From contig JAFIGI010000012.1 of the NCBI GenBank assembly GCA_020831465.1, positions 2,073 through 66,072 on the forward strand: a stretch of 64,000 bases of DNA, read 5' to 3'. Below are positions 36,170-45,609 of the stretch, piece after piece; position 1 is the stretch's first letter, and each line of letters opens with the position of its first letter. The notes beneath the pieces are model-generated. The model was not told the origin of the DNA and did not search any database. It saw nothing but the letters and a program-made list of their open reading frames with translations. This DNA comes from Chlamydiales bacterium. Its GTDB lineage: Bacteria > Chlamydiota > Chlamydiia > Chlamydiales > JAAKFR01. The translations under genes and the position numbers were made by a program.

Positions 36170-36665
36170 TTTCTTAACCCCCTAAGGTTTTTTTAGTTTC
36201 ACAATAACTTGTGTTTGAGGCGCACTTGAGTCATTTTCTTAGTCGTTTCTACTATTTAGTAATAGGTCGTTGAACACCCCGATTATTTATTTCTCTCGAT
36301 TTTGTTAACTTAATGTAACTCAATCCCTTTGAAGTATTTATTATCTCTTAAAATAGATTTAGGAATCAAGGATTTTTTTTGCCGAATTGTAAATTTGAGG
36401 ATCGTACAACCGGAAATCGAAAAGTTCATTTCTCCTCCCAAAATCCTATTTTCGTGTAATATTTTCATTAAGAATAGAATTCAAATCAACCATTTTCTTA
36501 TCTATTTGTTTTAATCTTTACCTTTTCTTAATACAGATAGTTGCTTATTCGTTAAGGTTTTTAAAAGCTTATAACCCCTATTTCTCTCGATAAAATTCGA
36601 TTTTTTTCTTTATGCATTCTTAATTATCTGTACAATTAATCTATTCATCATAATGATGAGAGATA

Positions 36666-38573
36666 ATGATTCGATACGCCCTATTTCTCCTTTTTTTTAC
36701 CGTTCAGGCAATCTATGGGAGCAAGCTTCCCGAGATTTCCGACCGTGATGTGGTCGCTACACTCGCTCAAATGATGGAGGCGCATGCTTCTTATAAAGAG
36801 CTTTCGCCTTCGCTGGTCGAAAGGGTGCTGGAACAGTACCTCGAAGAGCTTGATCCAACTAAAACCTATTTATTAGAAGGGGAGGTTGAAAAATGGCTTA
36901 GGCCAACCGACGAGACTCTTCAAGAGGTCTTGAGCGAGACTCAAAAGGGAAGTTTCACGGCATTTAACTCGATCCACAATTTGATGGTTGAGGCAGTTAC
37001 GCGACGTGCAAAGTTGGAAAAGCGGATTGAAGAGGTTGAACTTCCCGAGAATGTATCGGTAAATGAATTTAAAGAGCTCAAATGGGTCAAAACGGAAGAA
37101 GAACTTCTTGAGCGTTTGATGCGGATCAAGGCCTTGCAGGTGCAGGCGACCGAACGGCTGGGCGACCCCGATTCGCGCGATAGGGCTCTTCAAAGGATTG
37201 CCAAGAGACGCCTATCCAGGGAAGAGGAGATCGCCTCTAAGGACGCCGAAGAGCGCAGCCGCCTCATTCGTTCCCAAATCCTCAAAGCTTTTGCAGCCTC
37301 ATTTGATACCCATACAGCCTATTTTACGCCCGGTGAAGCCTCACAATTTATGATCCAGGTACAACAACGTCTTTTTGGAATTGGGGCCCAACTCCGCGAT
37401 GACCTAAACGGTTTCACAATCGTCAAGATTATTGAAGGGGGACCCGCAAGCCGGGCGACGGGACTCAAGGTGAATGACCGGATTATCGCGATCAATCACG
37501 AGCCTGTTGTCGGTCTAGAAATTACGGAGGCTGTTGAATTGATCCGTGGAGAAGAGGGAACGGCCGTCCTTTTAACGGTCCTTAGAGACGAAAATGAGAA
37601 GCATGAAATCGAGATCATTCGGGGCGAGGTTGTCATCAAAGAAGCACGTATCGAATCCTCAACGATCCCCTACGGCGATGGAGTTATCGCCCATATCTCT
37701 CTTCATGCCTTTTACCAGGATCCACTTCACTCCTCCGCTGCGGATCTTTACGAAGAAATCGCAAAAATCCGTTCCGATCATTTGATTAAGGGGATCATTC
37801 TCGACTTGCGCCTCAATTCAGGGGGAGTCCTTCCTCAAGCTGTCGCTGTAACCGGCCTTTTTATCACAAAAGGAATCGTCGTCTCGATTAAGGATAACCA
37901 CGGCGCTGTCGAGCACTTGCGCGACATCGATGGGAAGACGGCCTATGACGGCCCTCTGATCGTTCTGACGAGCAAGCTCAGCGCTTCGGCAGCAGAAATA
38001 GTGGCGCAAACTCTTCAAGATTATGGACGCGCTCTCGTTGTCGGAGATGAACATACCTACGGGAAAGGTACTTTTCAGACCTTTACTCTCGACGCAGGAA
38101 GTAACGGCAAGGTCAATCCAAAAGGTGAATTTAAAGTAACCCGCGGACGTTATTATACCGTATCGGGAAAAAGTCCTCAGCTTGTCGGGGTAAAACCCGA
38201 TATTGTCGTCCCCGGGTTCTACTCTGCTACGGAAATTGGGGAAATGCATGCAAAATACCCCCTTGAAAACGATTCTATCCCGGAGAATTTCCACGATGAC
38301 CTTTCCGATATTCCTGTTGTCCAACGCGATCAGATCAGCTGGCTCTACCGCTTCAACCTTCAGCCTAAGCTTAAAACTTACGTACGTCTCCTTCCCCAAC
38401 TCAAGATAAATTCAGAAGAGCGCATCGCAAAAAATAAGCTCTATCAAAGCTTTTTAGCAGCCCTTCAGGAGGAGGAGGTCCCCCCGGAAAAGGTCGATCT
38501 CTATATGGAGGGAGATCCTCAACTCTCGGAGGCGGTCAATATCATGCAAGATCTCATAGTCTTGTCGAAATAG
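36666..38573 (+). CDS. tsp: tail-specific protease (S41, C-terminal processing peptidase)
   Basis: 635 aa. Signal peptide, PDZ region ([40 protein letters not shown]), and S41 catalytic region ([16 protein letters not shown]). Confidence 0.85.
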   Translation: MIRYALFLLFFTVQAIYGSKLPEISDRDVVATLAQMMEAHASYKELSPSLVERVLEQYLEELDPTKTYLLEGEVEKWLRPTDETLQEVLSETQKGSFTAFNSIHNLMVEAVTRRAKLEKRIEEVELPENVSVNEFKELKWVKTEEELLERLMRIKALQVQATERLGDPDSRDRALQRIAKRRLSREEEIASKDAEERSRLIRSQILKAFAASFDTHTAYFTPGEASQFMIQVQQRLFGIGAQLRDDLNGFTIVKIIEGGPASRATGLKVNDRIIAINHEPVVGLEITEAVELIRGEEGTAVLLTVLRDENEKHEIEIIRGEVVIKEARIESSTIPYGDGVIAHISLHAFYQDPLHSSAADLYEEIAKIRSDHLIKGIILDLRLNSGGVLPQAVAVTGLFITKGIVVSIKDNHGAVEHLRDIDGKTAYDGPLIVLTSKLSASAAEIVAQTLQDYGRALVVGDEHTYGKGTFQTFTLDAGSNGKVNPKGEFKVTRGRYYTVSGKSPQLVGVKPDIVVPGFYSATEIGEMHAKYPLENDSIPENFHDDLSDIPVVQRDQISWLYRFNLQPKLKTYVRLLPQLKINSEERIAKNKLYQSFLAALQEEEVPPEKVDLYMEGDPQLSEAVNIMQDLIVLSK

Positions 38574-38616
38574 GCCTGCTTGTTTATACTTCCCCTCTCA
38601 AAAACTAGGAAATATT

Positions 38617-40110
38617 ATGGATAAGCCCGTTCGGGTGCGCATCGCCCCCTCTCCTACCGGAGACCCACACGTTGGTACCGCCTTCATGGCCCTCTTCAAT
38701 CTTATCTTCGCGCGCCGTCATGGGGGGAAGTTCGTTCTGCGAATTGAGGACACTGACCGGACGCGCAGCCGCCCTGAATTTGAGAAGAACATCTATGAAG
38801 CGCTGCACTGGTGCGGCATCGAATGGGATGAGGGACCTGATCTGGGAGGTCCTTTCGCCCCCTATCGCCAATCAGAGCGTAGCGAGATCTACAGGAAATA
38901 TGCCCTGCAGCTTGTAGACCAGGGAAAGGCTTACAAATGTTTCGCCACTCCTGAAGAGCTAGCGGAGATGCGCGAAATATCGAAGGGGTATGACCGCCGC
39001 TACCGAAACCTTAGCCCGGAAGAGGTTGCTGCGCGTGAAGAGGCAGGCCAGTCTTACGTGATCCGTCTGAAGGTCCCTCTAACCGGGGAATGCCTCTTTG
39101 AAGACATGGCGAAAGGGCGGATTAGCTTCCCCTGGGCCGATATCGACGATCAAATCCTACTTAAATCGGACGGCTTTCCCACCTATCATCTAGCCAATGT
39201 TGTGGACGACCATTTGATGGAGATTAGCCATGTTATAAGGGGCGATGAGTGGATTAGTTCTACGCCTAAACATATCCTGCTCTACGAGGTTTTTGGCTGG
39301 GAACCTCCCCAATTCCTCCACATGCCCCTTCTGCTTGGAATGGATGGAAAAAAGCTCTCCAAAAGACGCAATCCCACCTCGATTTTTTTCTATAGGGATT
39401 CGGGCTATCTTCCTGAGGCCTTTCTGAATTTCCTTACCCTGATGGGCTACAGCATGACCTCCGAAAGGGAGGTCTATTCGGTAGGTGAGATCATCAAAGA
39501 ATTCGACTCCAAACGCATCGGCCTTTCGGGAGCGATATTCGACATCTCCAAGCTCGACTGGCTAAACCAACACTACCTGATTAATAATATTCCTCAAGAT
39601 GCGCTTTGGAACCGGATCAAAGAATGGAGTTTTTCTGACGCCTTTATGCAGAAGCTGATGCCCCTTGCGCACACCCGCATTAAGACATTCGGCGAGTTTA
39701 TGGAGCTCTGCCACTTCTTTTTTATCAACCACATCCCCTACACCGAAGAGTTGCTTACCCCCAAAGGCCTCACCCCTGAGCAGGCCGCTTCCATTCTTCA
39801 GACTATTATCTGGTCGATGGAAGAGCAAGAGAATTGGGGACGCGAAGGGATAGAAAAAGCTTCAAGAGAGATAGCCGAAGCCTTTGGTGTTAACCACAAA
39901 AAAATCGTGATGGCCCTTCTTTTTGTAGCCATTACAGGGAGGCGGCAAGGCCCCCCCCTTTTCGATTCTGTGCAAATCCTGGGCAAAGACCGCACCAGAG
40001 CCCGCCTTCTCCAAGCGATCTCCTTCCTAGGGGGGCTTTCTAATAAAAAATTAGGACACCTCAAGGAGTTATGGACAAAGAGAGCGTGCACATCTCTGAT
40101 GGCGGAGTAG
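38617..40110 (+). CDS. gltX: glutamate--tRNA ligase
   Basis: 497 aa. [15 protein letters not shown] (HIGH-type) and KLSKR (KMSKS-type) motifs. Confidence 0.95.
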   Translation: MDKPVRVRIAPSPTGDPHVGTAFMALFNLIFARRHGGKFVLRIEDTDRTRSRPEFEKNIYEALHWCGIEWDEGPDLGGPFAPYRQSERSEIYRKYALQLVDQGKAYKCFATPEELAEMREISKGYDRRYRNLSPEEVAAREEAGQSYVIRLKVPLTGECLFEDMAKGRISFPWADIDDQILLKSDGFPTYHLANVVDDHLMEISHVIRGDEWISSTPKHILLYEVFGWEPPQFLHMPLLLGMDGKKLSKRRNPTSIFFYRDSGYLPEAFLNFLTLMGYSMTSEREVYSVGEIIKEFDSKRIGLSGAIFDISKLDWLNQHYLINNIPQDALWNRIKEWSFSDAFMQKLMPLAHTRIKTFGEFMELCHFFFINHIPYTEELLTPKGLTPEQAASILQTIIWSMEEQENWGREGIEKASREIAEAFGVNHKKIVMALLFVAITGRRQGPPLFDSVQILGKDRTRARLLQAISFLGGLSNKKLGHLKELWTKRACTSLMAE

Positions 40111-40225
40111 GCTCTACCGGTTTCTCTCTTTCAGCAACGATATAGATAGGTTGATAGGGGAGAGGTTGGCAACAACATCCATTCATAAAGATTCCAAAAA
40201 GAAGCAGCAATAAAACTCTCTTCAT
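40061..40225 (-). CDS. possible small cysteine-rich lipoprotein (54 aa; below the ORF-track cutoff)
   Basis: Own translation: [54 protein letters not shown]. Signal-peptide-like N-terminus with a weak lipobox (MNGC). It overlaps the gltX 3' end by 50 nt. No RBS assessed. Confidence 0.25.
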   Translation of the reverse strand: MKRVLLLLLFGIFMNGCCCQPLPYQPIYIVAEREKPVEPTPPSEMCTLSLSITP

Positions 40226-40357
40226 AGATTTATTTTATTAATAAACCAAATTATATAAAATATTAAGATTAAATTAAAAACTTAAATAATTGGAAATAAA
40301 TTACAAATATGATAAAATGTTCTTTATTAATAATAACTTTAGGGGTAAGTATTTATT

Positions 40358-41665
40358 ATGACTAAGAACGTTGATTCATTAGAACTTAAAAATAATATAA
40401 CTACGAAGTACCCAGCACGTGCTGACAAGCTTTCTAGGTTCATGTACGGCTGTGAGTGGGAAGAAGAAACTCGGCGCGACCGGCTTCTGCCTCAAACAGC
40501 TGCTAGCACTAAAGAAAAGATAAAGAGGGGTCTTAAGAGAGGTGGGCTTTTTTTGGGTGGAATAGTGGGAGGCCCCCTCAACTTATCTGAAGAATTTCGT
40601 AAAGCCACCTTTGAAGTCGCTCTCAAAGGATACAAGGAAAAGAAAATATTTAGGGGCGGAACCAATCCTTTGGATGCGGAACGCAAAGTTGTTAAAGCGC
40701 ACCAGCCAAATCTGATAAAAGAGTTATCGGAACGGAATGAGTACGATTTAAAAAACTCCGGAGATATTCAGCAGCTTCTGCGAGAACCTCATATCAAAGG
40801 TGGGCTTATAAGCGATGGGAAAGGAAATTCCTACCTTCCATTAGATGATAAGAGCTTTATTTTTGTTTCCAAAGGCGATGCTAGTAGAGCCACTCTGGTT
40901 TCTCGTCCGCTTACTAAGCTGATTATCAGATTGGGATACGATCCAAAGGACCGGGAGACAATTAAAGCTTATATCGACCGCCCTGATATCCGCAAACAAC
41001 TCCTGTCGGATGGGCATGGAAATTACTATCTTCCTGAGCATCGCCGCAATGGAACTTCAAGTTTTCTATTTATTTCGAAGGGAAATTTTAACAACCCCTC
41101 TTCGATCGTGATTTCAGATACAAATACGGGGGAAGCCTTAAAAGGTTCTCAATTCGAAAAAGCGATGTTCGCTTATGGCTATCAATACGAAGATATGATC
41201 AATGGGATAGAAAAAAAAGCGAATGAAATTGCTCAACGGATTGCTAAGGATAAGGGCTGGGACCCAACTAAGGATAAGGATAAAATTGATAAGGAGAAGG
41301 AGGAGATTAAAAAGTACTGGCGAACTGTGGTTATAAGTCCCAAAATGGGTCAATCTCGGCTTTACTCAAGTGTTAATCCAAATGCTAGAGGTATTTTTGG
41401 AGGTCACGCATTCTCTAATCCTTATACGGGAACACATCTTAAATGGGAGAGCCAAACAGAAAAAGCAATCACAGAATTATATCAAAAGAAGGCGGATGAC
41501 AGGCTAACTAAAGATCGGCCGTTTGAAAATGACAATTCCCAAGGGTCGCAACCTCCTCTGCAGCCCAAACGACCACTTGATCTAGAAGACCAAGAAGAAA
41601 CCTTAGAACGTAAAAACCAGGATCCGGAGATCGTACACCCTGGTAAAATTGAAGTGGTTAGTTAA
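40358..41665 (+). CDS. hypothetical protein with an internal ~50-aa duplication (orphan, AT-rich)
   Basis: 435 aa. It is preceded by a very AT-rich 130-bp spacer. Repeat units lie around aa 136-182 and 201-252 (LISDGKGNSYLP...FIFVSKG vs LLSDGHGNYYLP...FLFISKG). A Lys/Asp/Glu-rich region follows. No family recognised. Confidence 0.6.
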   Translation: MTKNVDSLELKNNITTKYPARADKLSRFMYGCEWEEETRRDRLLPQTAASTKEKIKRGLKRGGLFLGGIVGGPLNLSEEFRKATFEVALKGYKEKKIFRGGTNPLDAERKVVKAHQPNLIKELSERNEYDLKNSGDIQQLLREPHIKGGLISDGKGNSYLPLDDKSFIFVSKGDASRATLVSRPLTKLIIRLGYDPKDRETIKAYIDRPDIRKQLLSDGHGNYYLPEHRRNGTSSFLFISKGNFNNPSSIVISDTNTGEALKGSQFEKAMFAYGYQYEDMINGIEKKANEIAQRIAKDKGWDPTKDKDKIDKEKEEIKKYWRTVVISPKMGQSRLYSSVNPNARGIFGGHAFSNPYTGTHLKWESQTEKAITELYQKKADDRLTKDRPFENDNSQGSQPPLQPKRPLDLEDQEETLERKNQDPEIVHPGKIEVVS

Positions 41666-41667
41666 GA

Positions 41668-42477
41668 CTAACCTATAGCCGACAAACACTCACTCAGTAA
41701 AGGGCGCTCATCCGAGCGCCCTTTTTTATACCCGCCGATGGAGCAAATGGGACGCACCCCACCCATTGTGTTAGTGCGGAAATAGGCTCCCTCATCGGGA
41801 AGCTCATCGAGTTTAGCTTCGACCTCCTCAACGCGGTACCCCTGGCACTTAGCCCCTTCGATTAACTTGGAAAGGGTGACGCCGAAATAGAGAGGTAGCG
41901 TGCGGCTGGGGGTATAGAGTCTCTTTCCTATTACCCAGCACAAGTTTCCGAAAGCGGCCTCAAGCACAATTCCGCCTTCTGTCAGCGTAAGACAGTCGTC
42001 GACTCCTTGCCGACGCGCCTCTTCCATGATGTAGAGACGGTTGAGATGGGCTAGACTTTTGTACGAAGCGTGGCAGATGTGGAAAGGATGGGGGAAGATC
42101 CCGATTTCAAGCGGTTTGTCCGAGGGAGTTTCTGAAGGTTTTAGGGTGATAAGGAGCCGACCTCGGCGCTCGGGGAGATGGAGGGCAGGATCATCCCCTC
42201 CCGTCACGATGATTTTCATCCGCCAAATTCTCTCTTCGGCTCGGTTAAGGCGAATGATTTCATTGATGACCCTCTTTTTTAGAGGAGGCATTGCCAGATT
42301 AAACGAACGGCATTGTTCGGCCAGCCTCTCCAAATGAGTCTCCAAAAAAAGAGGGATCCCCTCTCTCACTTGGATCGTCGCATACGCTCCGTCTCCGAAC
42401 AGCAATCCTCGGTCGGTGACCGGAACACGCGCCTCTGCCTCCGGCAGAAAAGCACCTTCATAATACACAAAGCTCAT
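41668..42477 (-). CDS. pabC: class IV aminotransferase fold protein, probable aminodeoxychorismate lyase
   Basis: FLPEAEARVPVTDRGLLFGDGAYATIQV is class IV PLP-enzyme-like. The pabC call rests on its position directly downstream of, and overlapping, pabB. Start set at the ATG at 42477 (M11 of ORF 41668-42507). Confidence 0.65.
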   Translation of the reverse strand: MSFVYYEGAFLPEAEARVPVTDRGLLFGDGAYATIQVREGIPLFLETHLERLAEQCRSFNLAMPPLKKRVINEIIRLNRAEERIWRMKIIVTGGDDPALHLPERRGRLLITLKPSETPSDKPLEIGIFPHPFHICHASYKSLAHLNRLYIMEEARRQGVDDCLTLTEGGIVLEAAFGNLCWVIGKRLYTPSRTLPLYFGVTLSKLIEGAKCQGYRVEEVEAKLDELPDEGAYFRTNTMGGVRPICSIGGYKKGRSDERPLLSECLSAIG

Positions 42478-43741
42478 GAGCCCCCAACACTTTAAATAGC
42501 GATTCACCTTTATGCAGCGTCTCTTCGAACTCTTTGACAGGATCGGAGTCGATTACGATCGCCCCCCCAAGTTGAACCTGCACATGAGAGGGGTGGACGA
42601 CAAGGGTGCGTATGGCGATGTTGAAATCGAAATCCCCATTCGCAGCGAAGTAGCCGATCGATCCTGTGTATACTCCTCGGGGCCTTTTTTCCAATAGCGC
42701 AATCGCTTCCATCGCACGCAGTTTCGGACATCCCGTAATCGACCCGCCGGGAAAAAGCTGCCGCACCAATGAAACGGGGCTTTTTTTAGACCTCCCCTCG
42801 ATGATCGAGAGAAGATGAAAGACATTTGTGTACGATTCGCACCGCCAAATCTCCCGTGTCTTCACGGAACCGGGAGCCGAAACTCTCCCCAAATCGTTGC
42901 GCATCAGGTCAGTAATCATTAATAACTCTGCCCTTTCTTTTTCGGAGCTGAGCAAAGTGCGTCGGTTGCGGGCATCCTCTTCGGGTGTCTTTCCCCGGGG
43001 AGCTGTTCCTTTGATTGGACGGGTTTCCAAAAGATCCCCTTTTCTCGATAAAAAGCGTTCAGGAGAAGATGAGACCAAAGCGAAATCCCCGCACTGCGCA
43101 TAAGCCGAAAAGGGGGCGGGATTGAGAAGAGAAACCTTTTGAAAGAGGGAAAAAGGGTCGCTCTTTCCCTCCAAGTGAAATTCCTGCGATAGGTTGACTT
43201 GATAGATCTCCCCATCCAATATCCACTCCTTGGCTTGCGCAATTTTTTTTATATAGCTCTCAAGGGTATCTGAACAAAATCCAAGTTGCAGCTCGGATGG
43301 CAAGAGAGTGCGCTCTCGCTCCAGAGAAATCTCTCCTTCGCCGTAAAGTGTTGCCTTAGAGGTGGAATGGTCAAAATGGATGACTGCGGAAGGGCGGTAG
43401 AAAGAGCAGTCGGGAGTTTGGGCTGAGAAGTAAGGAGTTTCGATATCGTTATCGGCGAAAGACCCCATCTCATAGCCGAGATAGCCGACCCATTTGGGGA
43501 TTGGAAGAGCGGAATCGAACGCCCCCATCGCCTCTTCAAGCCTCTCCCAACAGCCCTTTTGGGCGTTCAAAGTGATTTTCTCTTTTGGGAATAGGCAAAG
43601 GTAGGAATGGCGCGCAGAATCGAGCCCCCCTCCCGATTGAAGAAGGACCGTTCCTTCCATATCGGAAAAACGGCTCGCCAAAGAGAGAGGCTCATCGCGG
43701 TTAAAGATCCATGTTGTGATAGACCGCATTGACATCCTCAA
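42458..43741 (-). CDS. pabB: chorismate-binding enzyme, probable aminodeoxychorismate synthase component I
   Basis: 427 aa. SPERFL, LFPGGSITGCPK and VYTGSIGYF motifs of the TrpE/PabB family. Start uncertain: 43741 overlaps yebC, and the ATG at 43660 is an alternative. Confidence 0.75.
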   Translation of the reverse strand: MRMSMRSITTWIFNRDEPLSLASRFSDMEGTVLLQSGGGLDSARHSYLCLFPKEKITLNAQKGCWERLEEAMGAFDSALPIPKWVGYLGYEMGSFADNDIETPYFSAQTPDCSFYRPSAVIHFDHSTSKATLYGEGEISLERERTLLPSELQLGFCSDTLESYIKKIAQAKEWILDGEIYQVNLSQEFHLEGKSDPFSLFQKVSLLNPAPFSAYAQCGDFALVSSSPERFLSRKGDLLETRPIKGTAPRGKTPEEDARNRRTLLSSEKERAELLMITDLMRNDLGRVSAPGSVKTREIWRCESYTNVFHLLSIIEGRSKKSPVSLVRQLFPGGSITGCPKLRAMEAIALLEKRPRGVYTGSIGYFAANGDFDFNIAIRTLVVHPSHVQVQLGGAIVIDSDPVKEFEETLHKGESLFKVLGAHELCVL

Positions 43742-44417
43742 GTTCTTCCAACCAGTCGATCAGAGCCAAATTAGCTGCACGCGTCTCTTCGTCACAGTCG
43801 ATTAGTGTCTTTGGCAATCTCTCGATATCGGCTTCTGTAGCCGGAATCTGCTTTTCGTCGAGTTTTTCTTTAACGGCGTAGAGTTCTGCCGGATCGGTTG
43901 TGATCATATACCCCTCTTCGGCCGCTTCGAAATCTTCGGCTCCCGCTTCGATGGCGGCGTTGAAAAGGGTCTCCTCCTTCATCTTCCCTTTTTCAACCTG
44001 GATCACCCCTTTGCTGTCGAAGTTAAAGGCGACCGCGCCCGGCTGGGCGATATTGCCCCCTCTTTTGTTAGTCGCAATGCGCATATCAGAAGCGGTGCGG
44101 TTTTTATTGTCTGTCATTGCCTCGACAATGATGCCAACTCCTCCATGTCCGTAAATTTCATAGGTGACCGACTCATAGTCGGATTGATCGTCGCTTGAGG
44201 CCTTTTTAATGTTCCGTTCGACATTGTCGTTTGGCATATTGGCCTCTTTTGCCTTTTGGATCGCCAGACGCAGACGGGGATTGTTTTTAGGATCGGGGCC
44301 ACCCATTTTGACGGCACTGATGATCTCTTTGGCAAGGCGGGAAAAGATTTTCCCCTTTTGTTTATCTGCCCGCTCTTTTTTATGCTTGATGTTCGCCCAT
44401 TTACTATGACCGGCCAT
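43701..44417 (-). CDS. yebC: YebC/PmpR family DNA-binding regulator
   Basis: 238 aa. MAGHSKWANIKHKK...GGPDPKNNPRLR is YebC. Confidence 0.93.
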   Translation of the reverse strand: MAGHSKWANIKHKKERADKQKGKIFSRLAKEIISAVKMGGPDPKNNPRLRLAIQKAKEANMPNDNVERNIKKASSDDQSDYESVTYEIYGHGGVGIIVEAMTDNKNRTASDMRIATNKRGGNIAQPGAVAFNFDSKGVIQVEKGKMKEETLFNAAIEAGAEDFEAAEEGYMITTDPAELYAVKEKLDEKQIPATEADIERLPKTLIDCDEETRAANLALIDWLEELEDVNAVYHNMDL

Positions 44418-44419
44418 AC

Positions 44420-45097
44420 TTACCTTTTAAAAAAGTGGTTTTTGTTCTTCTTCTCCCATGCAATCGCTTCTGCGTACTGCCCGAATTGTCGTTCCCGCTC
44501 TTTAAACGCTTTTCCATGGATGCAAAAACGGCCCCGCTCATCTATATGTCCCGGAATAACCGCATGGAGCATTTCGTGATAGAGAATAAATTTTAGGAAA
44601 AATTCAGGAATAAAGGGATCATCGAGAATCCGGTGGATCTTAATTAGACGCAAGTTGTCGTGATACTGACCAAATACAATACGGCTTCTGCTTTTTCGCC
44701 CCCAGGCTCCAAACCAGGTGACCGCCAGCTCCAGCTCCCCATTGAAATACTGACGGTTCAATTCGTCGAAGAGAGGGACGAGATGATAAATCCGCCCTTT
44801 TTGCTCAAGCTTGGTTCGGTCCAAGCGGTTTGAGACGTCATACCTCGAGAGATTCTCCTCGATATAGCCGCGCAAGATCAGATTTTGTTTCTGCGCCTCT
44901 CTACGTTTTCCCCTTAAATAGTGGGCGACCGCCGCTATTACAGAATCGGGCGCCTCAAGAAACATTTTGTGCAAAGAGAGCGTTTTCCTGTTATTTCGGA
45001 AGCTAACCATCGTTGAGCGATTATTATTGATCACAAGCTCGAAATCCTGCTTTAGCAGTTTACGGAGCCTATTCTTGAGGGAGAGCTCGTCGGTCAC
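44420..45097 (-). CDS. HExxH zinc metallopeptidase-like protein (DUF45/SprT-like)
   Basis: 225 aa. FILYHEMLHAVIPGH carries the HExxH motif, with the preceding pattern WGRKSRSRIVFGQY...IKIHRIL. Confidence 0.55.
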   Translation of the reverse strand: MTDELSLKNRLRKLLKQDFELVINNNRSTMVSFRNNRKTLSLHKMFLEAPDSVIAAVAHYLRGKRREAQKQNLILRGYIEENLSRYDVSNRLDRTKLEQKGRIYHLVPLFDELNRQYFNGELELAVTWFGAWGRKSRSRIVFGQYHDNLRLIKIHRILDDPFIPEFFLKFILYHEMLHAVIPGHIDERGRFCIHGKAFKERERQFGQYAEAIAWEKKNKNHFFKR

Positions 45098-45606
45098 AAA
45101 ATGCGTTCCATGATGATCTTCCCGATATACTCGCCGTTCTCTTTCATAAAGTGCTTTTGAAATCCGATTTCGCGGAAGCCAAAGCGTTCATAAAGGGTGA
45201 TCGCGCGATTGCCTTCATAGACTTCAAGATAGAGAACCTCGATTCCAAAATACTCTTTCGCGAGATGCATCAAGTTGTTCATAAGGAGCGTGCCGACCCC
45301 CTTTCCTCGTGCCTCTTTCGATACGATGATCGAAACTAGACATTGGTGGATCAGTTTCCGGTAGGGCATCAAACAGAGGGTCGCAAGCCCGACAGGCTTA
45401 CCCTCGATGGTCGCCGTAAGGCTGCTTTTGTATTTAGAAAATCCGATCCAGTGTTTAACCGAATCCTCGACTTCGGGAGGATCAGCCATTGGAAAGGCGC
45501 GCAAAATGCCCGGCTCTTCCAACCACTCTTTCAGATAAGGCCCATCTTCGAGTGTTGTATACCGGATTTCCACTTTCGGCTCAGCCTCTTTATTCTCTTC
45601 ATCCAT
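45094..45606 (-). CDS. GNAT family N-acetyltransferase
   Basis: 170 aa. IIVSKEARGKGVGTLLMNNLMHLAKE is the acetyl-CoA-binding motif A (R/Q-x-x-G-x-G/A). Confidence 0.8.
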   Translation of the reverse strand: MDEENKEAEPKVEIRYTTLEDGPYLKEWLEEPGILRAFPMADPPEVEDSVKHWIGFSKYKSSLTATIEGKPVGLATLCLMPYRKLIHQCLVSIIVSKEARGKGVGTLLMNNLMHLAKEYFGIEVLYLEVYEGNRAITLYERFGFREIGFQKHFMKENGEYIGKIIMERIL

Positions 45607-45609
45607 CTC

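Noticed and set aside
36329-36514. A 61-aa ORF in the AT-rich euo/tsp spacer.
   Set aside because: Its Ile/Lys/Phe/Asn-rich composition is as expected from AT-rich non-coding DNA. It has no RBS, and it is the only open stretch in a region full of stops in all frames.
40358-41665. The idea that the 435-aa orphan is a positional analogue of Tarp. CT456 lies between murA and yebC in C. trachomatis.
   Set aside because: There is no sequence resemblance to Tarp repeats or actin-binding motifs. The gene is separated from yebC by pabBC, is on the opposite strand, and murA is 25 kb away. The positional argument is too weak.
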